DNA of 64,000 nucleotides, taken from NCBI GenBank assembly GCA_040954595.2, contig CM082593.2, positions 4,419,434 to 4,483,433 of the forward strand. Reading direction: 5' to 3'. Position 1 is the first letter of the stretch; the number at the start of each line of letters is the position of its first letter. The DNA comes from Balanoglossus misakiensis. Taxonomy: Eukaryota > Animalia > Hemichordata. The position numbers and the translations under genes were made by a program. Below the pieces are notes generated by a model that made no database searches, was not told where the DNA came from, and worked only from the letters and a program-made list of their open reading frames with translations. This document shows, piece by piece, positions 1-12,312 of the stretch.

Positions 1-3000
1 GATTTTCCATAAGACCTTAAATCAAAAGAACTGCAGATCCGATGAAGGGTGTGTTTCATTCCCTCGTGAATCATTATTTTATTATTTTGTGAACCGTGTA
101 AAAAGCCTTTTTCAATATTTCAGAAAGATTCAGTGTTTAGCCTGGAGGGGAAAATGTCTAGTGGTACATGTGTATGATTTATGTAGTAATCATGGAGATG
201 TCTGGTCTGGCTGTACAGTCTTGTGGGGCCTTCTGCGAAGTCTGAGATACAGTTCAAATGCAAAGTTTTTTTCTTGAAATCACAAAACATAATTCAGGAA
301 CTCAAATAACCCACCCTGGTAAACTCTGAAATGCTCAAAAGTGCGCATTTACCTATTTCCATGGCATAGTCAACATGCAAATAAAACATTTGCATGATAC
401 CATGGCAACAGCATTATGCAGACGGAAGCATTCACAGAATACCATGGCAACAGCAGTGTTCTGTGTATCCTTGCAGGAAACCTCATCTTCACATCAATTC
501 CCATGAATCAAGGGCAAATTAAACCCAACGATATAAGGATGAGCTCGCATTCCCCAAAGTTGAACAAATAATGGGAAGAATTTATTCCTGGCTTCTGCTC
601 CTCCTTGATGGACTTGTAAGTGTTCCGCAGGAATTTCTCCATCAGCGTTGCAATCCATATTGTCTGCAAGAGTGATAAGAGTCCCTTTCCAGGTAGTAAC
701 CGTAGAAAGAGATGGCCTTCATCTTTTCTGTCATTTGAGAGAAACATGGTACATACATTGTGTGTAGCTAGCAATTGCAATTTGAAGAGAAATAACGCTA
801 CATGCAATTTGATCGCAAATGACTGTTTTAGTAAATGACTGTCACATTACGAGAGCAGGTAAATATGAGAATTTTGTGTGGACATTTTATGTTTGAAAGT
901 ACATGTAGCTGATAATGCTCTGGAGGTGAGCATGGGTCTTTATTTCGACATAGATGTTTAATTTAAATGACAGGTATAAATAGTTGGCTTTGCCTGGCTT
1001 TATGTAGGTCATCAATGGCACAGCTCTGATTTTGTATCATAAATAGGGATACTTATATAGGTCAAATCAGGAGAAGGCCATTATCGCTGTGATCAAAAGG
1101 GGAAACAAAGAAAAGAAATTGACAGTGGGTTTCCCTGTATGCAACACAGCTGTGTCTCGCAAGGCTGTTAGTGTACCTGTTGTATCTGTGAATGACCCCA
1201 TCAAGCTGTTCTCCACTGCCGCTATTCAGTCGCATCTTCTTGACACACAAAACCAAATCAAGCCATATGAGTCATCATCCAACAGCCGTCAAGTGAAGAG
1301 CTGACAGTTGCTGTGCGTCTCAGATTATCTGCTGGGAACAGTTCATTAAACATAAAGACACATCGCCGTGCCGTAAGATTGTCCTCCTTGAGTTTCCTGG
1401 CGAAGATATGATCCTCAATAACCTGTGTTTTATTCCGAGTTTGGTTACCAAGGTAACAGCAGAGGACAAGGTCGATATAGTTGACATTGCCGTAGGCGCG
1501 TTCGATTACAGATTTCGTGCTCGCCTTGCTTGTCAAGCGCAGGTTCTTGAAAGATGTTTAGCAGGGCAGACTGACTTAAAAAATAACATGGTTGCTAAAT
1601 TTATTCGAAAAATAACGTTTTTGCGTGAAATAGAGTAGCATATAAATATAATTTTATATCACAAATTATGTGATTGATGAGGTTAGGTACAAAATGAATA
1701 TGCATGCGCATCGTAGTTTGTTTAGCAAAATGACACACAGCAAGGCAGTTAATGCAGGTCCTGTAAAGTGAAGGACTCGACTGATGTGTTTTAATTTGAG
1801 TGTGGAGCTTGTGTGTGACTGGGCCGCATTTAGTGTGGGTCATTTCTTAGGTAGGCAGACAGGACTGGGACAAATGTTAATAGACGGTTTACGAGAAATC
1901 CTGGAGTTATGAAGCTCATTCATACCTATTTAAACGCCATTGGGACTGGCCAGATCTGTGATTTGTTTCCAACTGTGGAACTTTATTTGCATCAGAACCG
2001 AACCGAACGTGGTCTTCACCCGGCAACAAGCACACACTCGTAATAAAGTTTGTCAGAATGATTGAGACGTTTTCTGCATTAGACCAGTGAGAAATGAGAC
2101 CCTGACCATCCCTCCTTGTGACCCCATAAAACTGTCCAATTCGATTGGAGTTGGAATCCTCATGTTGCGAACACCCCTCTGAGTGGCGGCGGCCATCTTG
2201 GTTGAGATGCCGGCAGTATTGAGAGAATCCATCATCAACCCTATCGTGTATGACATCACTATGCCCTTATTGCAATACTATCATGAAACATGTGAATTTA
2301 TGAGTATGAGATCTGAATGCATACTCTATCGTGGCTAACAGAATCTCTATGGTTTCTGGTGATGATTTGCCTTTTAGGGGCATAACAAAAACATCTACAA
2401 GTGCACCACCATACGTGTACATAAAGTTATGCTGGAGGTGTGTTGGCCTGAATTAAACCCAAATAGTAAGCCATCATGGTGCAAAATCTACATGTACCAA
2501 TAATTCAAGGGATCACTCCGTAGTATGACTGGTAAATTTAATGATGCCATCCAAAATAAAACATTTATAGACACGATTATATCTACATTTTACTAGTATT
2601 GGCATAATGATTCCAGACCTTTTGCCCAGTGATTTAAAAATAGAAAATGATTTGAAATATGATAAATTAGAAAGTTAGTTGCTGGTATATTATCTGGCCG
2701 TATTAGTAGTTCCAAAAGGGTTGTGTTCCGTGGTTATGCTTTGAAAAATGTGAACATTAAATCTAAATTCACACGTGGGATGGTCTTCTGTTGTACGAGA
2801 AAAAACAGCTGAGAAGGAAAGACAGTGCATCAGAGACAGTACACGGACGTAACTGCATGTGAATGAAAGCAGCTGTCTTATTTGACTTCCAACTTTGCAA
2901 ACACCGGTATAAACAATGTATTTTTTTGTGGCAGTGTCCCTGACCTTCAGGAAATCTGCCTTGAGGTGACAAGTGATCGATTTGCAGGCATGCCTCTCCA

Positions 3001-5379
3001 TTGTGTGTGTCACTGCTATCGATTTCAGTGCTGAGCACTTTAAAAAAAATAATACCTCACTGGGAAGGTTCACAAATTATGGAATTTCAAAGTGCAAAAA
3101 ATGGAATTTGTGAAAATTCGTTGATTCACTAATATCCACATGTAGAATAACATAATCGGTATCTTGTATCAAACATAATTAATGGAAAAGGGGGCAGCGA
3201 GAGAGAGACTTTGTCAATCCATCCAGTGCATTACAGTGCAGTGCAATATAGAAAAGCTCAGCACATCACAATAAAATATGCCTGATTATTAATGTAGTGT
3301 ATGTAGAGGAAGTTGACATTTTCATCAAACATTGATTTTGTAAAGATTTCCTCTGACAGACTCATTTCATTATTTGGTCTCTACCCAGTGGGGGTTCTCG
3401 TTACACTGAAATGTCAGTGTTCACTGTTGATCCGATGAATCATTTTAACAGAAAACTCGCATCAGAGCATTTTCTGACGTTAACAAAATGAATTCGGTTT
3501 CCTGGGGAATCTGTCGAATAAAAAAAATGAATATAGAATGAAGTGGGGTGTACATGTACCGTACACACGGCCAGCAGGGCAGTTGCTTAATAAATCTTTG
3601 GTTTGTTTTGGAGAACATGTCACACAGGTGTGGGGTTACTTTGTGTGTATTTGATGATGTGCCGTAGAAGGTGCCATTAATCATTTGAAGTGGGCTCATT
3701 TTAATATGCAGAGCTGGGACTCTGCCAGTCCAGAATTGTCTCGAGGTTCAATATTTGCTGGTATGTTGCGGGAAAACATGTAAAGTTTGCGAATTTGAAT
3801 TGGTAGGCGGTCGTTCTGGTGTGCTGAAAGTGTCACCCAGGTGGCGGGTTTTGGAAATGTAGCGGCCAGGTGGCGAGACCGAGGTGTGTGTAGATTGGAA
3901 GTCGATGTGGGCTGTTGTTAGGCAGCGGGTTCTCCTGAGGTCACATTTTTTCGCGAGGACTTTGTTCTATACGCATGTGATGCGTTGACCTGTCTTTTTG
4001 CCGGTGCAGTGACGGCGGTCAGACAGATCAAACTTGTAAAGAGCTCTCCGTGACATATGTACTCCTGTACTCAATCATGCTTTCCAAGTGAGAAGTCCAT
4101 CAGTTGTCTGATGACTAAACGCGAGGGAAATCACGATGAATAGAACGGGGCTGTATAATGATTCGAGTCATCATGTCAATATTGGAACGGCTTTTGTAGT
4201 GTCACCCTGACAACCCTCGACAGTCTGCGTCAGATTTGTGAAATAAAAAAATTGAGCCCCACATGAAAAATTAAATAATTCCGGCTCAGCTGTACCTCAT
4301 TACTTGTGCCACGTCAATTGTGATGTGTCTGCAGATTCTGTAAAGATTAAAAAATAATCTACCGAAAATGTGGGAATGATTATTTTATGAGGCATATATA
4401 GTATACAATATGCTGTTCTGAGTTTCATCCCATCAGTAACGGTAGTAAAAAGTGACATTTCTTTCATTTTGTGATACGTGTGCTTAAAATTACATGTACG
4501 TTATTCTCTGTGTCATACTTATCTCTGTCCCATCCCTATCAGACCCTTCCACTTGGTCTAACCCATTGTTCTCAAGGACATAGTTTGACCAGTCCATGAA
4601 AAATGGGGGGTGTAAGATTCAGATCTTTCGACTCAGTGAATGTTTATCTGGGATTTGAAGGAAAGAAACAAATCATCTTTTCTGTATAAATGTTTGAAAC
4701 TTAGTTTCTGAAAATCTCAGCTGGATTTCAGGAGCAGATGTATTGTCACTAGAAATGTACCAGTGGTAAAGGGTTACGAAAACATTCAACAATTCTGACA
4801 CCAACAAAGTACAGATAAATGATTACTTTGCATGTAACTTTGAATTGGATTTAAAAAGTGACATGTTAATGATTTGGCAACATTTTCCTGTGCAAATATT
4901 CGGCTGTGTTGACATATTGCATTCATGCATGCAGCTTGTATGTTGTATGCCAACAAAGCTATAAACACGCAGTGGAAATCCATTTACAAAACTATTTCAT
5001 CGTGTTGACTTTTAATTTCCTTTGTTGATCCAATTTTCCACAATTTTGACCAATTTGATCGGAATGCGTCTGCCCAGATGGATATTTGGCATGGGTGTCA
5101 ATACCACAAGCCGGATTATGTTTGAATTAGTTTGATTAAAGAATGAAAAGTAATTTCAGGAGTGCTTCCAGTCCGAATCCTTAGACATAAGCTAACCTTT
5201 CGTATCCAGGTCATGAACTCAACCTGTACAGTGACTGTGATTTGACTGTAGAGGTCGCTGTTTGTACAAGAACTGGCATCTTGCACTGCTGCTTGTGTAT
5301 CATGGCCATCAAGATGAATACTGTCAGCGACGTACTGGTATCATCCTAAATTGTATCTTTTTTATTGTCTCTTCAACAG

Positions 5380-5521
5380 TGCAAGGTTGGAAATGCTACT
5401 GTCTTGAACACTGTCCAGAGAATGCCATCAATAACACCTGTGAAGCCAAACCAGATGGAAGATGTTTTAGTCAAATCCAGGCCTATGAACCAGGTGGGGT
5501 CAACACTGGGGAACCAATCAG
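5380..5521 (+). CDS. BMPR1: BMPR1 exon: ectodomain, first half
   Basis: Polypyrimidine tract plus acceptor ...tcttcaacag|, encodes [33 protein letters not shown]..., donor ag|gtcagt. Confidence 0.88.
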
Positions 5522-8215
5522 GTCAGTGCAAATTTTTATGTTTCTTCAACAATGTGGTCTGGGTTTTATACTTGTTTTGTTGCTATGTGAATGCCACTTT
5601 GTTACAGTCCCTGTGTAAATTTTACACGTGCATTTATTGACCTGTGTATAAAGGCTACCTGTCTATAAAGGCCAGGTTGGGAAAGTCCTGTGATTGGCCA
5701 CTATAGACAGGTTTGACTGTAGTGAATGTATCTCTGTTCTGCATTGGTTAATGGTCAGATTATTATTTTTTTGGCCCCCAACAGGACCTTTGGATGTCTT
5801 CCATCGCAGGAAGGTGGTGATATGCAGTGCAAGAGTAGCAACCACGATATCCCGTCGGCCATCTTGTGTTGCGACATCAATGATGGAAATTATTGTAATT
5901 ATGCTCTTATACCTACGCTGCCAACTGTTGCAACGACAGAATCTCCACGTAAGTAATCAGAATCAGAAGTCTATGACCTGAGAATTGTGTGGAGATCATC
6001 TAAGAAATAAAGAAAATGTGGGCAATCTCAGATGTATTTTATAAGCCTTGTCTTTGATTACAGGGGGAAGCTCACAGCCGGACTATCTCCGTGAAAGCAT
6101 CAATCAAATAGCATTACTGATTTCAGTCACTGTGTGCATCATAGTACTCATCATCACAGTGTCTTTTATATATTTGAGGTAAGCGTCCATGTCTTGCGCA
6201 CAGGATGAAGATGTAGTAACTATACATGTGTGGTTGAAGAAACCTTTGTCTATACAATGAGAATTTATGTTGGTTACTTGTAATATTCACTTCATTAAAT
6301 GCAATGTTAAGTTTTGTGGATTAGAGAGCTGCCAATTGTAACTGTAAAATTTAATGTAGATTTACGACAGAATATTACTGAGACTACCCTCCCAGTATTC
6401 CTTCATTCTGACACTGAGGGCGCTATACTTGATAACTTCATCGGATGTGAATTCATCCCTAGGTACAAGAGGAGAGAGGAAAGAAGGCGCTTTGATTTAG
6501 AAGTCAACAAAAATGAGGAAACGTACATAGGTCCTGGGGAGACGCTCCGAGATTTAATAGATCAAAGTTCCGGAAGTGGATCCGGTCTTCCTTTACTGGT
6601 GAGTTTTCCGTTTATCTTGGATGTACGCCAACGTTTGAGTCAGTGTATGATTGGTAGAAAAATTAAAAGTGAAAAGGCTAATATCATGATAAATTAAGTG
6701 CGGCGCTTGTTTATTATTTAATGTGTCCATGTTTAAATGTACTGCTTCTTAACATTACATCTCTCCAGGTTCAAAGAACTATTGCCAAACAAATTCAAAT
6801 GATTGCCAGTGTTGGTAAAGGCAGATACGGGGAGGTGTGGAAAGCCAAATGGAGGGGAGAGAACGTGGCTGTCAAGGTTTTCTTCACCACGGAGGAAGCC
6901 AGCTGGTTCCGGGAAACGGAAATTTATCAGACGGTGTTGATGAGGCACGAGAATATTTTAGGTAGGTGTGGATTTGGATGGTGCAGCATCTACAGTCAGA
7001 ACTGCTGTAGTTTCACAATATGAGCACCTATTTTTCCCAATGGAGCTGTTATGTACTTGCAACATTGACGTACTTCTTTGCTTTCCTATCTAGGTTTCAT
7101 AGCAGCTGATATCAGAGGCACTGGTTCCTGGACACAGCTGCTGTTGATAACAGACTACCATGACAACGGTTCACTGTACGACTATTTAAAAAGCACCACG
7201 CTAGATACGACGGCCATGATTCGACTAGCCTTCACAGCATCCAGCGGGTTGTCACACCTCCACACTGAAATCTACGGCACCCAGGGAAAGCCAGCCATTG
7301 CACACAGGGACTTAAAAAGCAAAAATATATTAGTCAAAAAGAATGGGCAATGTGTCATTGCAGATATGGGTCTCGCAGTTAGGTATAACAGGTGAGTGTC
7401 TTTTTTCACGTCAAGCCAGCACTTTGAGCTGAGGCACACAGAAAGCCATACTAAAATAATACGTGTTAATTTAACTGATTTGTATTTTCTCAAATTTCTT
7501 TTCTTTGCAGTGAAACGAATGACATTGACATAGCACCAAATACTAGAGTTGGAACAAAGCGATACATGTCACCTGAAGTAGTAGATGATACCTTAGATAC
7601 GAGTCATTTTGAAAATTTCAAGATGGCCGACATGTATTCGTTTGGTCTCATCCTGTGGGAAATAGCAAGGCGGTGTGTTTCAGGAGGTGAGTTTACTGAC
7701 TGATATTTCACATCATCTGTTTCAAGTCCATGGAGATAAATTTCAACTGCTAAATGCTACAGTGTTGTGAGAATCCCGTTCCATTTTGTTAACTGTTAAC
7801 AGGAATCGCAGAATCAGCTGAAGTTCCCTACTATGACAGTCTAGCCAATGATCCCAGTTTTGAAGATGTGAGGCGAGTTGTTGTCGTTGAACGCAGGAGA
7901 CCAGCAATACCCAACAGATGGCACAGTGATGATGTAAGTTTAATAACTGCCCCTGCAGGCATTCTCCATGTATAATTCAAGGCACTGAATTTACGTACTG
8001 GTAAATCCTTGATGAGTGAAATTCTCTGACTGACAGAAACACATTGGGACACCGTACTAACTGGGAATATTTTCTTTCCTATTTGCGTGTAGTGTTTACG
8101 GACCATGGCCAAACTGATGCAGGAATGTTGGCACCACACCCCGGCAGCCAGACTAACAGCGCTCCGAGTCAAGAAAACCATCGGAAGAATGCAGGAAGAA
8201 GAACTCAAATACTAG
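5380..8215 (+). CDS. BMPR1: BMP type I receptor (ALK3/6, BMPR1A/B-like Ser/Thr kinase receptor); 9 coding exons, 5' signal-peptide exon not located
   Basis: Exons 5380-5521, 5785-5948, 6064-6178, 6463-6598, 6769-6961, 7094-7391, 7511-7686, 7803-7933 and 8093-8215 are all bounded by GT-AG and join in one frame (1478 nt, starting in phase 1). The protein has a Cys-rich ectodomain, a TM helix, the GS box [11 protein letters not shown], and kinase motifs [32 protein letters not shown] and RLTALRVKK. The L45 loop [11 protein letters not shown] is diagnostic of the ALK3/6 subgroup. Confidence 0.97.
5785..5948 (+). CDS. BMPR1: BMPR1 exon: ectodomain, second half with Cys box
   Basis: caacag| [17 protein letters not shown]...[21 protein letters not shown]... 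|gtaagt. Confidence 0.93.
6064..6178 (+). CDS. BMPR1: BMPR1 exon: transmembrane helix
   Basis: ttacag| [38 protein letters not shown] |gtaagc; phases match both neighbours; absent from the ORF track. Confidence 0.92.
6463..6598 (+). CDS. BMPR1: BMPR1 exon: juxtamembrane region and GS box
   Basis: ccctag| [14 protein letters not shown]...[18 protein letters not shown] |gtgagt. Confidence 0.95.
6769..6961 (+). CDS. BMPR1: BMPR1 exon: kinase N-lobe
   Basis: ctccag| [11 protein letters not shown]...GKGRYGEVW...[32 protein letters not shown] |gtaggt; 193 nt. Confidence 0.97.
7094..7391 (+). CDS. BMPR1: BMPR1 exon: L45 loop and catalytic loop
   Basis: atctag| [15 protein letters not shown]...[12 protein letters not shown]...[11 protein letters not shown] |gtgagt; 298 nt. 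Confidence 0.97.
7511..7686 (+). CDS. BMPR1: BMPR1 exon: activation segment
   Basis: ttgcag| [25 protein letters not shown]...[20 protein letters not shown] |gtgagt; 176 nt. Confidence 0.97.
7803..7933 (+). CDS. BMPR1: BMPR1 exon: kinase C-lobe
   Basis: taacag| [43 protein letters not shown] |gtaagt; 131 nt. Confidence 0.96.
8093..8215 (+). CDS. BMPR1: BMPR1 last coding exon
   Basis: gtgtag| [40 protein letters not shown], stop TAG at 8213-8215. Confidence 0.95.
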   Translation, partial: CLRTMAKLMQECWHHTPAARLTALRVKKTIGRMQEEELKY

Positions 8216-11200
8216 AAGTCAGCTGCGGCGAAGATTCCCCCCTTTTTTGTAAATAAATCAACAACGACCAGAGGCTGACAAAGCCAACCACACCATGCAT
8301 CATCGACAGGGACACATAACAGCGGCTTCCGAAATCCATCCGAGGTTAGGATTTTCATGAAGGGTGATATGAAACATCTCGGCTGTCATTTCACAGTTGT
8401 GAATAGCAGCATGGACAACCACCTTGTCCACTCGGCCTGAATCCTGAGACTGAGCAATGTGTCTACAAAAAAGTCATTAATTTTGTCCGGATGACTTTGT
8501 CTGTCAGTAAAAAAAAAATATATGAGAGCACTGTACATATTGGTAAATCCACAACAAACATCTTCAGTTTTCAGTATTTTTATACACGTAATCATTAAGT
8601 GGGTAATCATAGTGCAACAAGTTTTTCTGGGCTCACTAGTTCAGATGCTGTGTAAATTTAAACTGAGATATAAGGATTACAAAAGCAGTTTCATTTTCAG
8701 AAACTAATTTTTTCAGACCTCAGGTTGTGACCTTCGTTGTCCTTAATAAATAAAGTTTTGTAAATCTTTCTTTCTGTGGAAAAAATATATATTATACTTT
8801 GAATTATTTTCATTCAAGATGTGATGTCCTATTTCACTGAAGTAGTGTTTGCATAATTATCTGTTATTAAATTTATTTTGGGGGAGAAAGTCACAACAAA
8901 TTGAGAAACGTTAATTGAGATAGTCATTTCTGCATGAGATGGGCCTCTGTGTTTGTATGTACCACTGAGGGCATTGTTAACCATTAGAAAAAAACCTACA
9001 CCAGACATACAGCCTCAACATTTCAGTATTCATACTAAGAATGACTTCTGTTGTCAAAGACCAAAAATATTTACAGGAAATATTAATTAGAGTAGAATTA
9101 TTTGAACCAGTTTTTTTATGTGATAAGATAATCTCTGGTAATGGAAAAAAATGCATCATTATCCAATGAAAGTGGACACTAACCTTTGACCTAATATGGC
9201 TACAGTGTTTGTTCATACCTGCCTACAGTTACCTGAATGCAAAAATATCATTTCATCCTTTTTTGAAAGATTTAATTTTTTTTAATTATAAAAATCAAAG
9301 TACATTGCAAGGATGATGAGCTGTTCAGGTAGGCTGCGATACGACACTTTGTTTAGAAAATCATAATTCTTTCAACTCAAACAAGTCATTTAACTCTGTT
9401 TTAGTGTGTCATATTTATTTTTACTTTTCTGTTATTTGTACATAGGAGCTTTCTCTGTAACACTGATATCAAATATTTGTCAACAGCATCCACTTGTCTC
9501 CACCAAACCAAATACGGTCGGTTTTCCAAAGCCACCTTTGTAAAAATGACAATGGTCAAGAAAGTTTAAATCTGGTGTTGATATCACCGAGAACCACTTT
9601 AACAAGTTTTTGTAGGCTTCGAAAACATTGCCATACATGTTTGATCATCAAGAATCATACTGTCAGCTAAAAACAAGTATTTTGCAATTTTTTGTTTGTT
9701 TTGAGAAACGGTTACCATGGCTTCATACTATTTGCTTAGGATGAAGTGTAAACGTAGCTTGTCTGACTTTCAGATCTGCATAAGTTGTCTCCTTGATCTT
9801 GGAATGGTATCATGCATTGTGAACAGTACACGTACAAAGTTAGCAATAATCACTGTGAACTCTATATGCTGCAGAAAGTATGCTTTCATATTGGCATCCA
9901 TCAAACATGTTATGAAATATTTCAAAATGGAACAGTTAAGCACTTTTAATACAGAAGGAATTGTAGTCATCATCATGCACTAATGTATATTTCATTACCT
10001 CCCTAGATTGACATGAGCTCTGGAAACTTTTTCTGCCAATCTTTCAGAATGTCGTTCCTTTGCTACGCATTTCACGTTCTTGCTTTAGAGACAGCAGTTT
10101 TGTAAAATTTAGGCCTGTCCAGTTAATGTAACTGCATATTTTTCTAGAGATCGATTTATTTTCATACAAGTGTTGTAATAAAAATGTGATACTAAATGTT
10201 TGGGGTTCAAGAATATAACAAAAGGACTCTTCATAGGAAGGGTTGTTAGGTGGGGTTAGACCAGACATTGTTTTTGTTTACTTGTTTACATGTGTTGAAG
10301 TTTCAAGATGAATGTTACACATTTGTGTTAACGAAATGTTTGTCATCTAGCCTGTTGCCGTGTTACCAAATGTTGAGTTTTTGTGTTTTTTACTGCTAGT
10401 TGTCCATGTTTACACCAGTTTTAAATTTGTTATTGGTTTCCTTCTGTCAAGAAAGCAGCAATTTTATGAGACAATCCCAGTGTAATGGCAACATAAATTG
10501 TGACTATAGAGTGATATGGCCCCCCATGGTGCCATCAGAAACATATGGTGCCTTCAAGTTAGAAATTAACATACTTATGCAAATTTAATAATTCATACAT
10601 ATGCAGATATATATACATTTGCATATGTATGAAATTAATACATTTGCATGTTTGAACTAATACATCTGCAAGTATCCATAAATTTGCACGTAGTACCAAT
10701 CTGTTAGATAAATTGCTGCATGATAGAGGAAGTTAAAGGTATTTAAAAAAACATTTTACGGTGTTGAAATGCACATTTTACTGCGTATTTTACAATGTAT
10801 ACACAAGTATCTTTGAACTTTCTAAACAGAAGTTTTATTTTTGATGTAAGAGTTGTGTATGCTACACTTCCTGCTAACTGTAAATAGACGCAAACAATAA
10901 AAAAAATACTCCTTGTTGGAGTTTTGAGGGTGTTTTAGTTTGTGACACTGCTGTACTTTTATATTTTTCTGTTTTAAATATGCAAGCTTTTTACGCGAAC
11001 CAATGTTGATATGCAAGTTTTTCGCTTTATCTGCAAAAAAATGTATGAGGCTTTTTAGTTATAAATTACATAATGACTTTGTTTTAGTAGATGCTTTTTA
11101 CTGTGCACATGTAAGCTGTTAGGAAAAAGATGATGTGGGGAATTTTTTGGAGAAAATGGGGAACGAGGTAGAGCTTTCTAAGTGTGTTTTGTAGATTGCA

Positions 11201-11980
11201 GGTTATAGATTTTGTTTTGAGGTTCCTGTGTGCTTGATTTATTATTGTGGTTGTAACTTGTATACGTGTAAAAATAATTGAAGGGACATTAGATTTCACA
11301 CGTTTGTTTACACTCCAGGCATTGGGATGGATATCCGTCCATTATCTGTACATTTGTCGGTTCATTGCAAAATCTTGAAAAATCCTCTGTGACTTCAAAA
11401 GAATATTTACCGTGTGTTTAGAAATGCATGCACACGGGCGGAGCTTTCTTGTGGTCATTGATTGTCGATCTCATCTCATTATTGGGCTTTATTCTTTATA
11501 CCATGTGTTCAGTACTTGAAATGTTGGCCACTGTTTCAGTTTTGGAGATAACACATAGAAGACATGTCCGACTCATTTATTGACTTTCACCCATGTATAA
11601 ATCATCACCACCTTAATGAAAACCATGTTCTAAAAACAGATTCTCCACATCATTTTATTCGTAAAACTCACATGTACAATTCCTGCTTCCAGTCTTCATG
11701 CATAGTAAAAAAAATGTTTGCCTTTGTTTTGGTTAATTGCATTTGTTGTATAAAAACGACCTGCTCCAGAGCCATGTTTATTTCCTATACATGATTTTAA
11801 ATGGCTTCCCCGTTGTGGTGAAATCCATATATGGAAAATCGTCTTCCATATATGGATTTGATCCTGATTTCTAGAATGTAGATTTGGAGCCATCCAGGTA
11901 TATGTCCAGTGTACTTAATACATCTTGTATTTGATTGAAATACTCAAATGTCTTTTGTTTAAGAAAGCTTTCCAATAAAA
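8216..11980 (+). other. Probable long 3' UTR of BMPR1 (end uncertain)
   Basis: Very AT/U-rich and ORF-poor, with TGTA/TATTT tracts and several AATAAA (about 8252, 8745, 10176, 10896, 11973); the true cleavage site cannot be read from sequence. Confidence 0.5.
11821..11859. promoter_or_regulatory. Perfect 16-bp inverted repeat containing two CArG boxes (CCATATATGG)
   Basis: aaatccatatatggaa-(7 nt)-ttccatatatggattt; CC(A/T)6GG at 11825-11834 and 11846-11855. Confidence 0.5.
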
Positions 11981-12298
11981 ATGAAAGTAAACTGACGCTG
12001 TCTTCCACAGTTTTGGCAAGAGGTGAATGTTCAGGTGAGGCATCGGTGCATTGCGATTTTCCTGTTGACAAAACTTGAAGTACAAATGCTTAACTCCAAC
12101 TGCCGTTAATAGAAAACACGTCTATTGACAAATCAATATGACTGTTTGAAAGCCTCTCCAGTGATCACAAGTACTTAATGGGTCGATTCAACATTGGAAG
12201 GACTGTGTATAAAACGCTGAACGGTACCCAATATTATTTTTGTTAAAGCTATCTCATAAATTATTAAAGGTTAGACTACGCACGTTATTGCTGCGCAA

Positions 12299-12312
12299 GT
12301 CGCCATGGCGAC
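12299..12312. promoter_or_regulatory. Palindromic RFX X-box-like site
   Basis: GTCGCCATGGCGAC is a perfect 14-bp palindrome matching the RFX consensus GTYRCCATGGYRAC. Confidence 0.45.

Noticed and set aside
1062-1638. Overlapping short ORFs, one with a faint BEN-domain or transposon-like look (HIFARKL...NELFPADNL)
   Set aside because: No diagnostic motif, no convincing splice framework and non-ATG starts; an HMM search would be needed
5241-5379. In-frame hydrophobic stretch ([16 protein letters not shown]) resembling a signal peptide
   Set aside because: There is no in-frame ATG, and the hydrophobicity comes from translating the polypyrimidine tract of a canonical acceptor at 5379
8200-8256. 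Alternative frameshifted BMPR1 C-terminus (...[15 protein letters not shown])
   Set aside because: The in-frame stop after EEELKY gives the normal ALK3/6 tail length, so no frameshift is needed
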